The translations under genes were made by a program, and so were the position numbers. A DNA stretch of 64,000 bases from an uncultured Lachnospiraceae bacterium (GTDB taxonomy: Bacteria; Bacillota; Clostridia; UBA1381). Under the pieces are notes generated by a model that saw only the letters and a list, made by a program, of their open reading frames with translations, was not told where the DNA came from and did no database searches. Shown piece after piece: positions 28,568-38,181 of this stretch (the first letter of the stretch is position 1; each line of letters begins with the position of its first letter). The stretch is from positions 44,871-108,870 of the forward strand of contig CAZOHJ010000001.1 of assembly GCA_964579875.1 (NCBI GenBank), in the 5' to 3' direction.

Positions 28568-31500
28568 TTAGTGGGTTTCCTCTGACACCGCGCTTAACGG
28601 CTTCATGGTATCAAGCCTGTCCCATACAAACAGCTTTACAGTCCCGTTTTCGGGCTTTTCAATATCAATTGATAAAGCTCCGTTCCCTTTTACAGCTTCA
28701 CTCCTGATATTTGCCAAAGCTCCGTCCGCGGTATATGAGGCGATCACAAGCGTTGACGCGGTATCCTTTCCCTCAAGCTCTATCTTGAATTTTCCGTCAT
28801 TACCGAAATATGCGGATTTTATCGAATAATCATATTCCGGCGATCCTGTCGCAGGCGCCGTAGCTGACGGAGAAGTCGGAGCTGCTGTCGGAGCCGTAGT
28901 CGGCTTTGGCGTTGCGTCGCCCGAAATTGTCTTTTTATACACAGCCTCAAGGTCGCTTGCATTGCCTAAATATTTATCCGTGCCTGACGAATCATAGGGC
29001 TGCTGCGTATACAGCAGATAAATTTTGCGCGTTCCGGATATGCCATCCGTATTTTTCAAATTGATTACATTATCGCCCGTGCTTATGAGCTGATCAGCAA
29101 TTTCTGTTCCTGTAGGGGAATCCACTGTTATGCTTACCCTTGTATCGCTGTTTCTCACTTTTGCCATTTTAAGCGTAAGCTCTGTAAGTCCGTCAAAATC
29201 AAATTCATCAACCGCGTATCCGATCTTGACACCGTCACGCCTGTAAAGGTAGCCGACCTCTGTATCATTGTTTGCAAGCTTCGGAACCGACCCGTTATCA
29301 CTTGCATAAAATTCGGTCGTATCCGCGGCTTTATAGGTTTTATTTTCCTCAATTATATTTGAACCGAAGCTGCTGATTATATATGTTTTGCCTTTCTCAA
29401 CTGCAAATGTGATCATATTGCAATCTTCATTAAGTGTTGAATCGACCCGATCTCCGTTTTCGTCGTAAACCGCTGCCATAGCCATAAATTTGCTTCTTAC
29501 ATTCATATTGCCGTCTGACCTTGCATGGATTTTTGCCTCTGTCGGTTTATTATCCGCCCATGCAATATCAACAGTCGCGTCTTCTCTTGTGTTAACTCCC
29601 TTAATTTCGCCTGCCGCCCACTTATCGGGGAGAGCGGGAAGAATATCTATCGCGCCGTCATGACTCTGCACGAGCATTTCTATTATACCCGAGGCTGCGC
29701 CGTAGTTACCATCGATCTGGAAATTAGGGTGCTGGTCGAACAAATTCGGCGAAGTCCTTGTAGTAAACAGCTGTTCAAGCATGGTTGAAGCCGCGTTGCC
29801 GTCAAGCGCCCTTGCGTTAAGATTTATTCTCCATGCAAGACCCCAGCCCTGCCCGCTGCCTGCGCCTCTTGCCGATACCGACTTTTGAAAAGCCTTGAAT
29901 ATATCCTGCTCATTTTTATCCGCGCTGTAAGCGTTCAGATGTGTTCCGGGGAATATTTCCCACAAGTGTGAGCAATGCCTGTGAGCGGTTGCGTTGCTTG
30001 CTCCGTGATCATAGACGGCAGTCTCCTCGCCGGTAAACGGATTTTTTACTGTCCATTGCCCGCTGTCCTTCTTCGAAATGTCAAAGGTCACATCGCCGCG
30101 TGCCCATTCCTTGATAAGTCCCGTATTGTCGATCAAATCGGGAGCTATTTTACCCTTCTCGTCCGCAAAATAGCTTGACGGCATCTGCTCTTTGATTTTA
30201 TCAAAAAGAGCCTTGTTTTCGGCTGTTTTGCCGAGTATCTCTCCCGCCTTCAGGACTGTATCGTAAAGATTTCTGATGAGCTGAGTATCCATAGCCGGTC
30301 CCGGCTGAACTCCCCCCTGCTCCGGTGAGCACGAAGCGGCTGTAACAAGATAGCCTGTTTCCGGATCCTCAACCAGGAACTGCGTGAAGAACTTAGCCGC
30401 GCCGATCATGTACGGATAAACCTCCGCAAGATATTCCGTATCCTTATTAAACTGATAATACTGCCATGCGTGATCTAAAAGCCACACACCGCCTGTCGGC
30501 CACAGACCCGCCGTAGCATTGTCTATCGGCTGAGTGCCTCGCCACAGGTCATAGTTATGATGCATTACCCAGGGGTCGCCCGGATGGTATGTATTGTCGC
30601 CACGCTCATTATAAATACCGTACTGGTTTGCCGCCGTGATCGCCCCGCTCTCAGCAAGCTCGTCAAAGGTATCGATAAAAGGCTTTTCACTGTCACCGAT
30701 ATTAAGCGGCTGCGCTGCCCAATAATTCATTTCAGTGTTAATATTTATAGTATATTTGCCGTTCCATGAAGCAGAAAATGCCGCATTCCATTTTCCGGTA
30801 AGATTCAGCGGCTGACTTTCAGGAATGTCGATCTCACCCTCGCCGGATGCCTTTCTTCCGTCTCTTGAACCGCTTAAAATCAAATATTTGCCATAGTTAA
30901 ATTCAAGCGCCGCAAGCTCGTTATCACCCTTTGAATAGGTTGAATAAACTCCCGCCTTATTCGCATCAGCGGTTTTTGAAGATGCGCCAGTTAAAAATCC
31001 GGATTTTCCGTCAATATCCATACGCACCCGCTTTTCTGTCGGAGTATCACCAAAATCAGCGCCGTCCGCATTTTCCAGATGCAGCTCCGTTTTATTAAAC
31101 TCTGCGCTGAAATCAGCAATATGTCTTGACCTTATCACGTCATATGACTTGCTCTTTACGTTTGCCATATAACGGTCACATTCCGCCGCAGGCTTTGAGT
31201 TGTCAAGATGCGTATAATCAACATAATTCGTAGCGCCGACAATATAAATATCCGCGCTGGTTCCGCCGTTTACATAAACAGTAGTGTTGTCATCCGAAAC
31301 GCTGAACAGGCCGTTGCCGTCAAGGAGCATACGCGCCTCAAACTTTATCGCGTTCACAGTCGCAGGCTCATTGTTATCCTTATTGCCGTTGGTGATTGCC
31401 GCGGTGACCTTGACCTCTTTGTCGCTTATCTTTTCATAGCTGCAGAAGCCTGCTTTCTCGCTGTGATATGTATGCAGCTGAGCCGAAAAGGCTAAATCAT

Positions 31501-32434
31501 CGTCCGATTCGATATGCGTAACCACCACCTGATCGGGATAGCTTGCGAAGCTTTCACGCTTATAATGTCTGCCGTCATAATCATATTCAACGGTGACAAT
31601 TCCCGTTTTCATATCAAGGCTCTTTATATAATTTGAAGCGTTTTCATTCTGCTGATTGAAATCAAGATAAACCTCTGCAAAGGATTTATATGCCCTTTGC
31701 TTAGCAGGTGAGCCGAGAAAAGCTGCCTCAACCATTTTCTCCATACTCCAACGGTCCTGGACCGCCTCCTGAGTCTTTGCGTTATCTATATTCAACGCCT
31801 GATTTGAAATACTCTTATTTGCAAATTCAGGATAACTCTCTCTGAATGCCTCGTCGCCGACAATCGCGTCAGCTGTGCCGATTGCGGCAGGATTGCCGTT
31901 CTCATCCGCGCCGCGGAAATACCTCCAGCCGTCAGCCTTGCTGCCGCTTGTTAGATTTTCTGCGGTTATCGTCCTCGCGGCATTTGTCTGCGCGACTGTG
32001 GTAAGCGTATTTCCGTTTTCATCCTTCAAGGTCCCGTAGGGAGAGCCGTCCCAGCAGGTATCCTCATTCAGCTGAATGACCTCTTTATCAATACCGCCCG
32101 CGATCATGCCCGCCATTCTTCCGTTGCCTATAGGATATGAATTTGTCCACACAAACTCCGAGTATGCCCAGTCGGTAAGCACCTCGCCCGGCTTCCCGTA
32201 TGGATTCTGCACCGTGGTATCGGTTTTTGAGGACGCGTTCGGATCCACCGCTGCCGCATTCTCATAGATCCCCGCTTCGGCAAGAACATTCTCAATTTTG
32301 TTATCGGTCCACATAACCGTTTCCGGATCAAAAGAATCAGTTGTACCCGCTGCCGCACCCGGTGCAGCAGATACAGCTGAAGTCATCATGCCGATTGCAG
32401 CCATGCCGCTGATAAGCTTTTTTAATTTCTTCAC
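28568..32434 (-). CDS. Secreted GH95-family glycosidase (alpha-L-fucosidase/alpha-L-galactosidase type) with a C-terminal extension.
   Basis: GTG start with GGAGG RBS. Signal peptide MKKLKKLISGMAAIGMMTSAVSA. The N-terminal block YPIGNGRMAGMIAGGIDKEVIQLNEDTCWDGSPYG is characteristic of GH95. A Pro/Thr linker and a terminal module of about 88 aa follow. Confidence 0.85.
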   Translation of the reverse strand: MKKLKKLISGMAAIGMMTSAVSAAPGAAAGTTDSFDPETVMWTDNKIENVLAEAGIYENAAAVDPNASSKTDTTVQNPYGKPGEVLTDWAYSEFVWTNSYPIGNGRMAGMIAGGIDKEVIQLNEDTCWDGSPYGTLKDENGNTLTTVAQTNAARTITAENLTSGSKADGWRYFRGADENGNPAAIGTADAIVGDEAFRESYPEFANKSISNQALNIDNAKTQEAVQDRWSMEKMVEAAFLGSPAKQRAYKSFAEVYLDFNQQNENASNYIKSLDMKTGIVTVEYDYDGRHYKRESFASYPDQVVVTHIESDDDLAFSAQLHTYHSEKAGFCSYEKISDKEVKVTAAITNGNKDNNEPATVNAIKFEARMLLDGNGLFSVSDDNTTVYVNGGTSADIYIVGATNYVDYTHLDNSKPAAECDRYMANVKSKSYDVIRSRHIADFSAEFNKTELHLENADGADFGDTPTEKRVRMDIDGKSGFLTGASSKTADANKAGVYSTYSKGDNELAALEFNYGKYLILSGSRDGRKASGEGEIDIPESQPLNLTGKWNAAFSASWNGKYTININTEMNYWAAQPLNIGDSEKPFIDTFDELAESGAITAANQYGIYNERGDNTYHPGDPWVMHHNYDLWRGTQPIDNATAGLWPTGGVWLLDHAWQYYQFNKDTEYLAEVYPYMIGAAKFFTQFLVEDPETGYLVTAASCSPEQGGVQPGPAMDTQLIRNLYDTVLKAGEILGKTAENKALFDKIKEQMPSSYFADEKGKIAPDLIDNTGLIKEWARGDVTFDISKKDSGQWTVKNPFTGEETAVYDHGASNATAHRHCSHLWEIFPGTHLNAYSADKNEQDIFKAFQKSVSARGAGSGQGWGLAWRINLNARALDGNAASTMLEQLFTTRTSPNLFDQHPNFQIDGNYGAASGIIEMLVQSHDGAIDILPALPDKWAAGEIKGVNTREDATVDIAWADNKPTEAKIHARSDGNMNVRSKFMAMAAVYDENGDRVDSTLNEDCNMITFAVEKGKTYIISSFGSNIIEENKTYKAADTTEFYASDNGSVPKLANNDTEVGYLYRRDGVKIGYAVDEFDFDGLTELTLKMAKVRNSDTRVSITVDSPTGTEIADQLISTGDNVINLKNTDGISGTRKIYLLYTQQPYDSSGTDKYLGNASDLEAVYKKTISGDATPKPTTAPTAAPTSPSATAPATGSPEYDYSIKSAYFGNDGKFKIELEGKDTASTLVIASYTADGALANIRSEAVKGNGALSIDIEKPENGTVKLFVWDRLDTMKPLSAVSEETH

Positions 32435-32539
32435 TATTGTAAACCTCCGTTATTTTTTTCATGTGTATATTATATATGATGGCATGTATTAAAAAAAGCG
32501 CCACAGGCTATATTTTTTTTGATACCAGGGATTTATCTG

Positions 32540-32568
32540 TTGCAAATTTCAGAATATAATGATACAAT
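32540..32568 (+). promoter_or_regulatory. Sigma-A type promoter for the MocR-like regulator gene.
   Basis: TTGCAA (32540-32545), 17 nt, then TACAAT (32563-32568). Confidence 0.4.
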
Positions 32569-32588
32569 GAAACCGAGGTGAGTAGAAG

Positions 32589-33956
32589 ATGTATGCAGAG
32601 CTTGTCAAAAAGCAGGGAAAGGCATTATATATACAGCTGTATGAGTCCATTTCAGAAGATATAATTACCGGCAGACTGCGCAACGGGATTAAGCTTCCGC
32701 CCCGACGTGTTCTTTCAGAACAGTTGGGTATATCGCAAAACACAGTAGACAGCGCGTATAAGATGCTGCTTGATACCGGATATATAATATCGGTGCCACG
32801 GCAGGGATATATTGTATCCTTTAAGGCTTCTGTATATGATGATAAAATCCCCTGGGAAATTACCGCGCCTGAAGAAGTGGTTTTCAGTCCAAACGGAATA
32901 GATACCACCCGGATCAACCGTTCGTCATATGCGAAGGTATTAAAGGATATTGCATATAATGACGGAGCCGATATATTTTCATATGTAGACAAGAGCGGAG
33001 AGTTCGCATTGAGAAGCGCGATTTCAAAATATCTGTATTCCTTCCGTAATGTAAAATGCCCGCCTGAACGGATCATTATAGGCGCGGGCGCGGAATACCT
33101 GCTTGCTGCGCTGGCGGTGCTGTTTTCCGATGACAAATTATTTGTTATGGAAAATCCATGCGACACACATTTTTACAGAACGCTTACCGCTTACAGAAAC
33201 AGGGTTATTACTCTTCCATCAAATGCGAAAGAATTTGATACCGATGCGCTGTATTCAACCGGCGGGAGCATACTGTTTCTCGAGCCTGACGCGCGCTTTC
33301 CGAGAAGCATGGCGCTTAGTGACCGAGAACGCCGTGATATTTTAAATTGGGCGCAGCGGGAGGAGGGCAGATACATAATCGAAAACTGTTATGATTCCGA
33401 AATACAATGGGAAACTCACAGGACCGTTTACAGCATGGATAAAAATAATAAGGTGATATATTTAGGCTCATTTGCTCGTTCCTTCTGTCCTGCCGTCAAA
33501 ACCGCATACATGGTTTTACCGCCGGAGCTTTTGGCTTTATGGAAGCGCAGACATATCTATTATTATGCGCTCACTTCAAAAACAGAGCAGTTCGCGCTTG
33601 CGGAATTTATTAATAAAGGGTATTTCACAAAGCATTATAAAGCTATGCGCAGAGTATATAAAGAAAAGCGTGAATATTTAATCGAATGTTTGTCTGAGGT
33701 TTTCAGCAATAAAATAACGGTATACGGTACTGACGGAAGCACATATATCAGCGCCGGGCTTGACGGAATAGATCCGGATAAATTAAAAATTGCCGCCAGG
33801 CGCAGCGGAGTAAAGCTGTTTTCAATGGATTCGTTCAATATCGACAAAGACACTTATTCATTGCCGCAAGACAAGCTTGTAATGGGATACGGTGATTTAA
33901 CCCGCGAAAAAATCAAGCTCGGAGTCCGGCTATGGTCGGATGGCCTGATTTACTGA
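32589..33956 (+). CDS. MocR/PdxR/GabR-type transcriptional regulator (GntR HTH fused to a PLP aminotransferase-like domain).
   Basis: N-terminal winged helix LPPRRVLSEQLGISQNTVDSAYKMLLDTGYIISVPRQGYIV, followed by a fold-type I domain of about 350 aa (YLGSFARSFCPAVKTAYMV). Confidence 0.85.
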   Translation: MYAELVKKQGKALYIQLYESISEDIITGRLRNGIKLPPRRVLSEQLGISQNTVDSAYKMLLDTGYIISVPRQGYIVSFKASVYDDKIPWEITAPEEVVFSPNGIDTTRINRSSYAKVLKDIAYNDGADIFSYVDKSGEFALRSAISKYLYSFRNVKCPPERIIIGAGAEYLLAALAVLFSDDKLFVMENPCDTHFYRTLTAYRNRVITLPSNAKEFDTDALYSTGGSILFLEPDARFPRSMALSDRERRDILNWAQREEGRYIIENCYDSEIQWETHRTVYSMDKNNKVIYLGSFARSFCPAVKTAYMVLPPELLALWKRRHIYYYALTSKTEQFALAEFINKGYFTKHYKAMRRVYKEKREYLIECLSEVFSNKITVYGTDGSTYISAGLDGIDPDKLKIAARRSGVKLFSMDSFNIDKDTYSLPQDKLVMGYGDLTREKIKLGVRLWSDGLIY

Positions 33957-34020
33957 AGGCTGTCAGGCAATGGGCCATGATAAAAGAGGTCAGACGGAGA
34001 TCATTGCTTCCCCGTCTCCC

Positions 34021-34065
34021 GATCAATCAAGTAGGGCAGCTTTTCTCTGCCCTGCTTGATCAATC
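34021..34065. repeat. 45-nt near-perfect inverted repeat in the convergent intergenic region.
   Basis: GATCAATCAAGTAGGGCAG-CTTTTCT-CTGCCCTGCTTGATCAATC forms a 19-bp stem with 3 mismatches or wobbles. A8 follows it on the plus strand, so it is not a canonical terminator for the MocR gene. Confidence 0.5.
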
Positions 34066-34099
34066 AAAAAAAATGGCATCGCCCATAACGGATGATGCC
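34066..34099 (-). terminator. Rho-independent terminator of the Asp23-family gene.
   Basis: On the minus strand: GGCATC-13 nt-GATGCC followed by T8. Confidence 0.55.
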
Positions 34100-34107
34100 G
34101 ACAATAT

Positions 34108-34662
34108 TCAGTCCGTAATCTCATCGACTGCACTTTCAGCCGCTGTCTCTCCCTTATCAAAGCTTATGCCCTCAATATGAATATTAACCTTTGAAACGGA
34201 AAGTCCTGTCATTGTTTCAACGCTGCCTTTAACATTTTCCTGAACGCTCCACGCAAGCTCGGGGATCTTAATGCCGTATTCAACAACTATATAGAGATCA
34301 ATGTTTACACTGTCCGCTCCCATGTCAACTCTAACACCATTTGACGCATTCCTTCTTGCGCCTAGTCTTTTTGCAACGCCCTCGGCAAAGGATGTGTACA
34401 TACATGATACACCTTCTATTTCCGATGCGGCAATTCCTGCGATTGTCGAAACAACATCAACAGAAATTTTTATATTTCCTATCGTTTCTTCTTCCGCTTC
34501 AGCGGGCACTGCCGGTTCTACCGTTGCTTCCTCGGCGAGGGGCTTTTCCGTGACAGCGCTATCCTTCTGCACGGGGTCCTTTGCCTTTTCTTCAACATTT
34601 TCAATAACATCTTTTGTCTTCTCCTCAGCTGCTTCTACAACTTCCTTGATCTCTTCTTCCAT
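34108..34662 (-). CDS. Asp23/Gls24-family (alkaline shock/envelope stress) protein with an acidic N-terminal extension of about 60 aa.
   Basis: Core: IGNIKISVDVVSTIAGIAASEIEGVSCM...VNIDLYIVVEYGIKIPELAWSVQENVKGSVETMTGLSVSKVNIHIEGI. The N-terminus is E/K-rich. Confidence 0.85.
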   Translation of the reverse strand: MEEEIKEVVEAAEEKTKDVIENVEEKAKDPVQKDSAVTEKPLAEEATVEPAVPAEAEEETIGNIKISVDVVSTIAGIAASEIEGVSCMYTSFAEGVAKRLGARRNASNGVRVDMGADSVNIDLYIVVEYGIKIPELAWSVQENVKGSVETMTGLSVSKVNIHIEGISFDKGETAAESAVDEITD

Positions 34663-34769
34663 GGAATCTGCCTCCTGTTCTTAATATATATAATATTGTA
34701 ATTATAACATATTTGTTCAATTATTTCAAGAACTGTTTTGTAAACATTCCCCGATTTTTAAATGAGTGA

Positions 34770-35306
34770 ACAAATTATGAATTACTTGCTGTTACCGATG
34801 ATCCCCTGACCTATGCTAAACAGAAGGCAGACAAATATAACCAAGAATATAAAGCTGGCAATATAAAACTGAATTTGCCTGTTGATTTTCATGAGAAGCT
34901 TACCTTCTCCGGCAGTTCTGCAGCTAAATCCACACTATTAAATGTTGCTTATTTCGTGCTGCAGAAAATATATCACGACCTCAAAATCAAGGATTTATTT
35001 GAGAAGATACAATGCAGCTCAAAAGTTACCTTTGACTGCGATACAATCAACCGCTTTCTCTCTTTTGCAAGAATTTCGGATCCTCATTCAAAATTAGGCA
35101 CGTTTGACCAACTTGAATCATATTATGAGAAGCCGTCATTTTCTTATTAACATATTATGCGGTTTATGGATATGCAGGATGCATTTTATGCTGCCGCATA
35201 TACCGGAAGCAACGTATGCACAGCCCTAACCCATATATTTAATCCGGGTTTGGACAAGAAAAATTATCTGCCAAAAGAGCTCAATAAAAGATCAAAAAAC
35301 TTCTAA
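34770..35306 (+). pseudogene. Remnant of an IS1634-family transposase. It is N-terminally truncated, has an in-frame stop, and carries a large internal deletion.
   Basis: A single reading frame gives ...DPLTYAKQKADKYNQEYKAGNIKL...FVLQKIYHDLKIKDLFEKIQ...FDCDTINRFLSFARISDPHSKLGTFDQLESYYEKPSFSY*HIMRFMDM. It then jumps to a C-terminal-like tail YAAAYTGSNVCTALTHIFNPGLDKKNYLPKELNKRSKNF*. From memory this matches the conserved N- and C-terminal blocks of clostridial IS1634-type transposases (FLQKIYHELGL..., SRILYPxSKLATY...). The expected central region of about 400 aa is missing. Confidence 0.55.
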
Positions 35307-35565
35307 GAAAAGTGTCCCATACAACATTTTTTCATGTGCAGCAGCAAAAGAAATCCCATAGGTATGCGGAATTTCTTCTCTGATTCATTTTTTACTGTCG
35401 AAAACGGGATTATACATTGCTTTGAGCTAAAGGGCAAATGTCGCTGAATTGGGCTTTGTTGAATTTCTACGTTTTGCACAACGGCTTTTTACGCCATTTC
35501 TGATGCCTGAATAGTAACTTTTATCCCTATTCCCGTTCATTATGATGTTAAGTATGGTTAGATTT

Positions 35566-35604
35566 ATACAAAAAGCCTGACGCGGCAGCACACGACAGGC
35601 TTTT
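35566..35604 (-). terminator. Rho-independent terminator ending the argJ-tadA-CE12-SLH string.
   Basis: AAAAGCCTG-16 nt-CAGGCTTTT. The minus strand has T5 after the stem and the plus strand has T4. Confidence 0.55.
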
Positions 35605-35625
35605 ATGTATCACATCATAGATATT

Positions 35626-35727
35626 CTATATAGCTGCAAACATTGAAATTCCGCCTGCTATCAGTGTAAGCACCATGATTCCGGCTACAACTATACAGGT
35701 AATTTTAACAACCTTTTTACTCATCAT
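35626..35727 (-). CDS. Candidate 33-aa single-pass membrane micropeptide.
   Basis: Below the ORF-track cutoff. My translation is MMSKKVVKITCIVVAGIMVLTLIAGGISMFAAI*. It starts 15 nt after the SLH-protein stop and ends 20 nt before the terminator. There is no clear RBS. Confidence 0.3.
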   Translation of the reverse strand: MMSKKVVKITCIVVAGIMVLTLIAGGISMFAAI

Positions 35728-35741
35728 CAGCAATCACCCTC

Positions 35742-36434
35742 TTACTTATTAATTACCCTAAGAATTACTGTGGCAGCCTGTGCCCGTGTTGTTGAGCTTT
35801 TCGGAGAGAAAATATTATTATCCATTCCCTCTATAAACCCATTGGCAACCGCCAATTTCACAGAATTTTCTGCCCAGTCGCTTATGCTGAGCTGATCATT
35901 AAATTCCGTCACTGCGCTTGTGTCATTTGCCGTTGTTGTCTTTACCGTTCTTGTATATTGGTAAAAATACTGCGTAAGCGCCGCCATTTCCTCTCTTGAA
36001 ACAGGCAGTCCTCCGTTAAATGCTCCGGAATACACAACCTTTGACGATGTAGCTTTTCCGTTTTCATCCACTTCGTATTCAACGGTCTGCTTGAAGCCCG
36101 CGATCATCGCTTCCGGAATAAGCCCGCAGTCGAGAGCCTTTTGCAAATAAGGCGCATACCAGTCGTGCGCTGTTGCCTCAAGGCACTCACCCTCCCGGTA
36201 TTCCGCAGTCTCCATACCTGTCGCTTCCATAATCATTTTCAGATACTGGGCACGGGTAACTTCACCATCGGGAACAAATTCTGTATCTGTAAAACCATCC
36301 ACTATTCCCTTATCGGCAAGTGTATTTATGGCAGCTTCTGCCCAATGTCCCTTTGTGTCCGTAAAGTCTGCCGCTAAAGCATTGCTTGTTGAAATCAGCG
36401 CCGCCGCGAGCATTATTGTTATTATTTTTTTCAT
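35742..36434 (-). CDS. Secreted S-layer-homology (SLH) domain protein consisting only of the anchor module.
   Basis: Signal peptide MKKIITIMLAAALISTSNALA. SLH repeats: FTDTKGHWAEAAINTLADKGIVDGFTDTEFVPDGEVTRAQYLKM, a degenerate middle repeat, and WAENSVKLAVANGFIEGMDNNIFSPKSSTTRAQAATV. It is collinear with the C-terminal 230 aa of the upstream CE12 protein. Confidence 0.8.
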   Translation of the reverse strand: MKKIITIMLAAALISTSNALAADFTDTKGHWAEAAINTLADKGIVDGFTDTEFVPDGEVTRAQYLKMIMEATGMETAEYREGECLEATAHDWYAPYLQKALDCGLIPEAMIAGFKQTVEYEVDENGKATSSKVVYSGAFNGGLPVSREEMAALTQYFYQYTRTVKTTTANDTSAVTEFNDQLSISDWAENSVKLAVANGFIEGMDNNIFSPKSSTTRAQAATVILRVINK

Positions 36435-36453
36435 TTACTAAATCTCCCTCTTT

Positions 36454-38181
36454 TTATTGTAATACTTTTATTAACCTTTTTGAAACCGTTACCGCTTCGG
36501 CTCTTGTCAGATTTGACTCCGGCATAAACAAATTATCATCATCACCCTCAACAATACCGTATGACCGGGCCGCATCAACCGAATTTCTATAAGCTTCGTC
36601 AATACTGTCGGCATCAGAGAAACTGCCCTCAACCGCCACGCTTGTAAGCTCAGCCTTGCCTTGCTTTGCAGAATAAGCTGCGCAGTTCATTGCAATTGCC
36701 GCCATTTCCTCACGAGTTATCGCCTTATCACCGTTAAAGCTGCCTGTGTATACATTTATATCAACGGTTACGGCTTCCGCCGTCTCGGCAGCTTCAGACA
36801 AAGTCTTCGTGACTGTTTCTTTTTTACAGCTCCGGATCATTGCTTCCGGGATCAGCTCTTTATCCAAAGCACCCTGCAAATAATAGCAGTACCAATCATC
36901 ATTCAAAGCGTCAAGACATTCATCTTCGCGGTACGCATGACCGACAATACCTGCCGCGTCCATTTCCATTTTAAGAAACTCTGCTCTTGTCACTTCCCGA
37001 TCCGGCTCAAATTTGTCCGAATCCACACCTGTAATATATCCCGATGCCTTCATGTCTGTAATCGTCTGCTCTGCCCAGTGTCCGCTTATATCCGTGAATG
37101 AAACGGGGCTCTTTAAGTGCATACTGAGATTGTCAATATTTTCAGCCACCTCATCGGCAATCATTCGGGCAATCGCGCTTGCGCCAGCCGCTTTTAAATG
37201 CGTATGGTCATCGGTTCCTGCCGGATATGCTTTACTTTCAAGAGGCTCGCAGATATAATACATACCAAACACCTCATCCATGTTGCTCTTATTCCATACA
37301 TCAGTCATTATTTCGTTTATATCAATGAGATCGACTCCTGTTTCTTCCGCAATTTCCCTCGTAGGTACGGCATAATCCTGACGCGACTCCATAAAGCGGC
37401 TGTTTTCCTCATCCCACCATGAAGCTGCCGTAGCGGTCAAAAGCACAGGAATGCCGCCGCGCTTTCTGACCTCGCCTATATACTTATTTGTGATAAGCGC
37501 CTTATAATCCTCAACACTTATGTATCTTTCCGGCTTTTCTACAGCGCCGTCATTTATGCCAAACTGGATAAACACGTAGTCGCCCGGGTGCATTTCGGTA
37601 AGAATTTTATCAAGGCGTCCGTCATTGTCATAGCTCTTTGAGCTTCTTCCTGCCATTGAGCGGTTTTCCACGACCACATCATCCGTAAAATAATCTCCGA
37701 AAGCCTGTCCCCAGCCGGTCTGCGGATACACCTTTGTGTAATCATAGGTCTGTGCTGTCGAATCCCCGGCTATATATATGGTGGTTCTCTCTCCCGGCTC
37801 TTTACGGTTAGGGATCTGCTCTATATCAATTTCTTTTACATTCGGACTTTCACCGAGAACCTGAACGGTAATTTTACCGTCCCGGGGCACTACAGGCTGC
37901 TCATTATCCTGCGACTGTCCCGCCTCAAGAGTGTATGCTCTTACACGTTCGCCGCCGTTGATATAAACGTTCGCGTTTGTTGCGGTATTGCCGCCGGTCT
38001 TGACCGTTACGGTATAATCACCGTCCGGGACCTCCTGCTCCAGAATAACTCCGTTTTCAGCATCAACCGTAAACTCCTCCGCTTTATATACACCGCTGAA
38101 CAAATCCTCCGCATGCACACCCGGAGTAACCGGTATTGCCATAACCGCCAAAGCGCATATCAATATTTTTCTCATTTTCAT
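36454..38181 (-). CDS. SLH-anchored rhamnogalacturonan acetylesterase (CE12 SGNH hydrolase with an N-terminal beta-sandwich and a C-terminal SLH triplet).
   Basis: Start chosen at MKMRKILICALAVMAIPV (ATG 38181), which abuts the tadA stop; the ORF-track start is 38208. Motifs: IYIAGDSTAQTY, GWGQAF, MAGRSSKS, DDHTHL. SLH motifs follow: FTDISGHWAEQTITDMKASGYITG..., LFMPESNLTRAEAVTV. Confidence 0.85.
   Translation of the reverse strand: MKMRKILICALAVMAIPVTPGVHAEDLFSGVYKAEEFTVDAENGVILEQEVPDGDYTVTVKTGGNTATNANVYINGGERVRAYTLEAGQSQDNEQPVVPRDGKITVQVLGESPNVKEIDIEQIPNRKEPGERTTIYIAGDSTAQTYDYTKVYPQTGWGQAFGDYFTDDVVVENRSMAGRSSKSYDNDGRLDKILTEMHPGDYVFIQFGINDGAVEKPERYISVEDYKALITNKYIGEVRKRGGIPVLLTATAASWWDEENSRFMESRQDYAVPTREIAEETGVDLIDINEIMTDVWNKSNMDEVFGMYYICEPLESKAYPAGTDDHTHLKAAGASAIARMIADEVAENIDNLSMHLKSPVSFTDISGHWAEQTITDMKASGYITGVDSDKFEPDREVTRAEFLKMEMDAAGIVGHAYREDECLDALNDDWYCYYLQGALDKELIPEAMIRSCKKETVTKTLSEAAETAEAVTVDINVYTGSFNGDKAITREEMAAIAMNCAAYSAKQGKAELTSVAVEGSFSDADSIDEAYRNSVDAARSYGIVEGDDDNLFMPESNLTRAEAVTVSKRLIKVLQ

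Noticed and set aside
32549-33166. 205-aa minus-strand ORF.
   Set aside because: It is antisense to the MocR-type regulator gene, with no motifs and no RBS.
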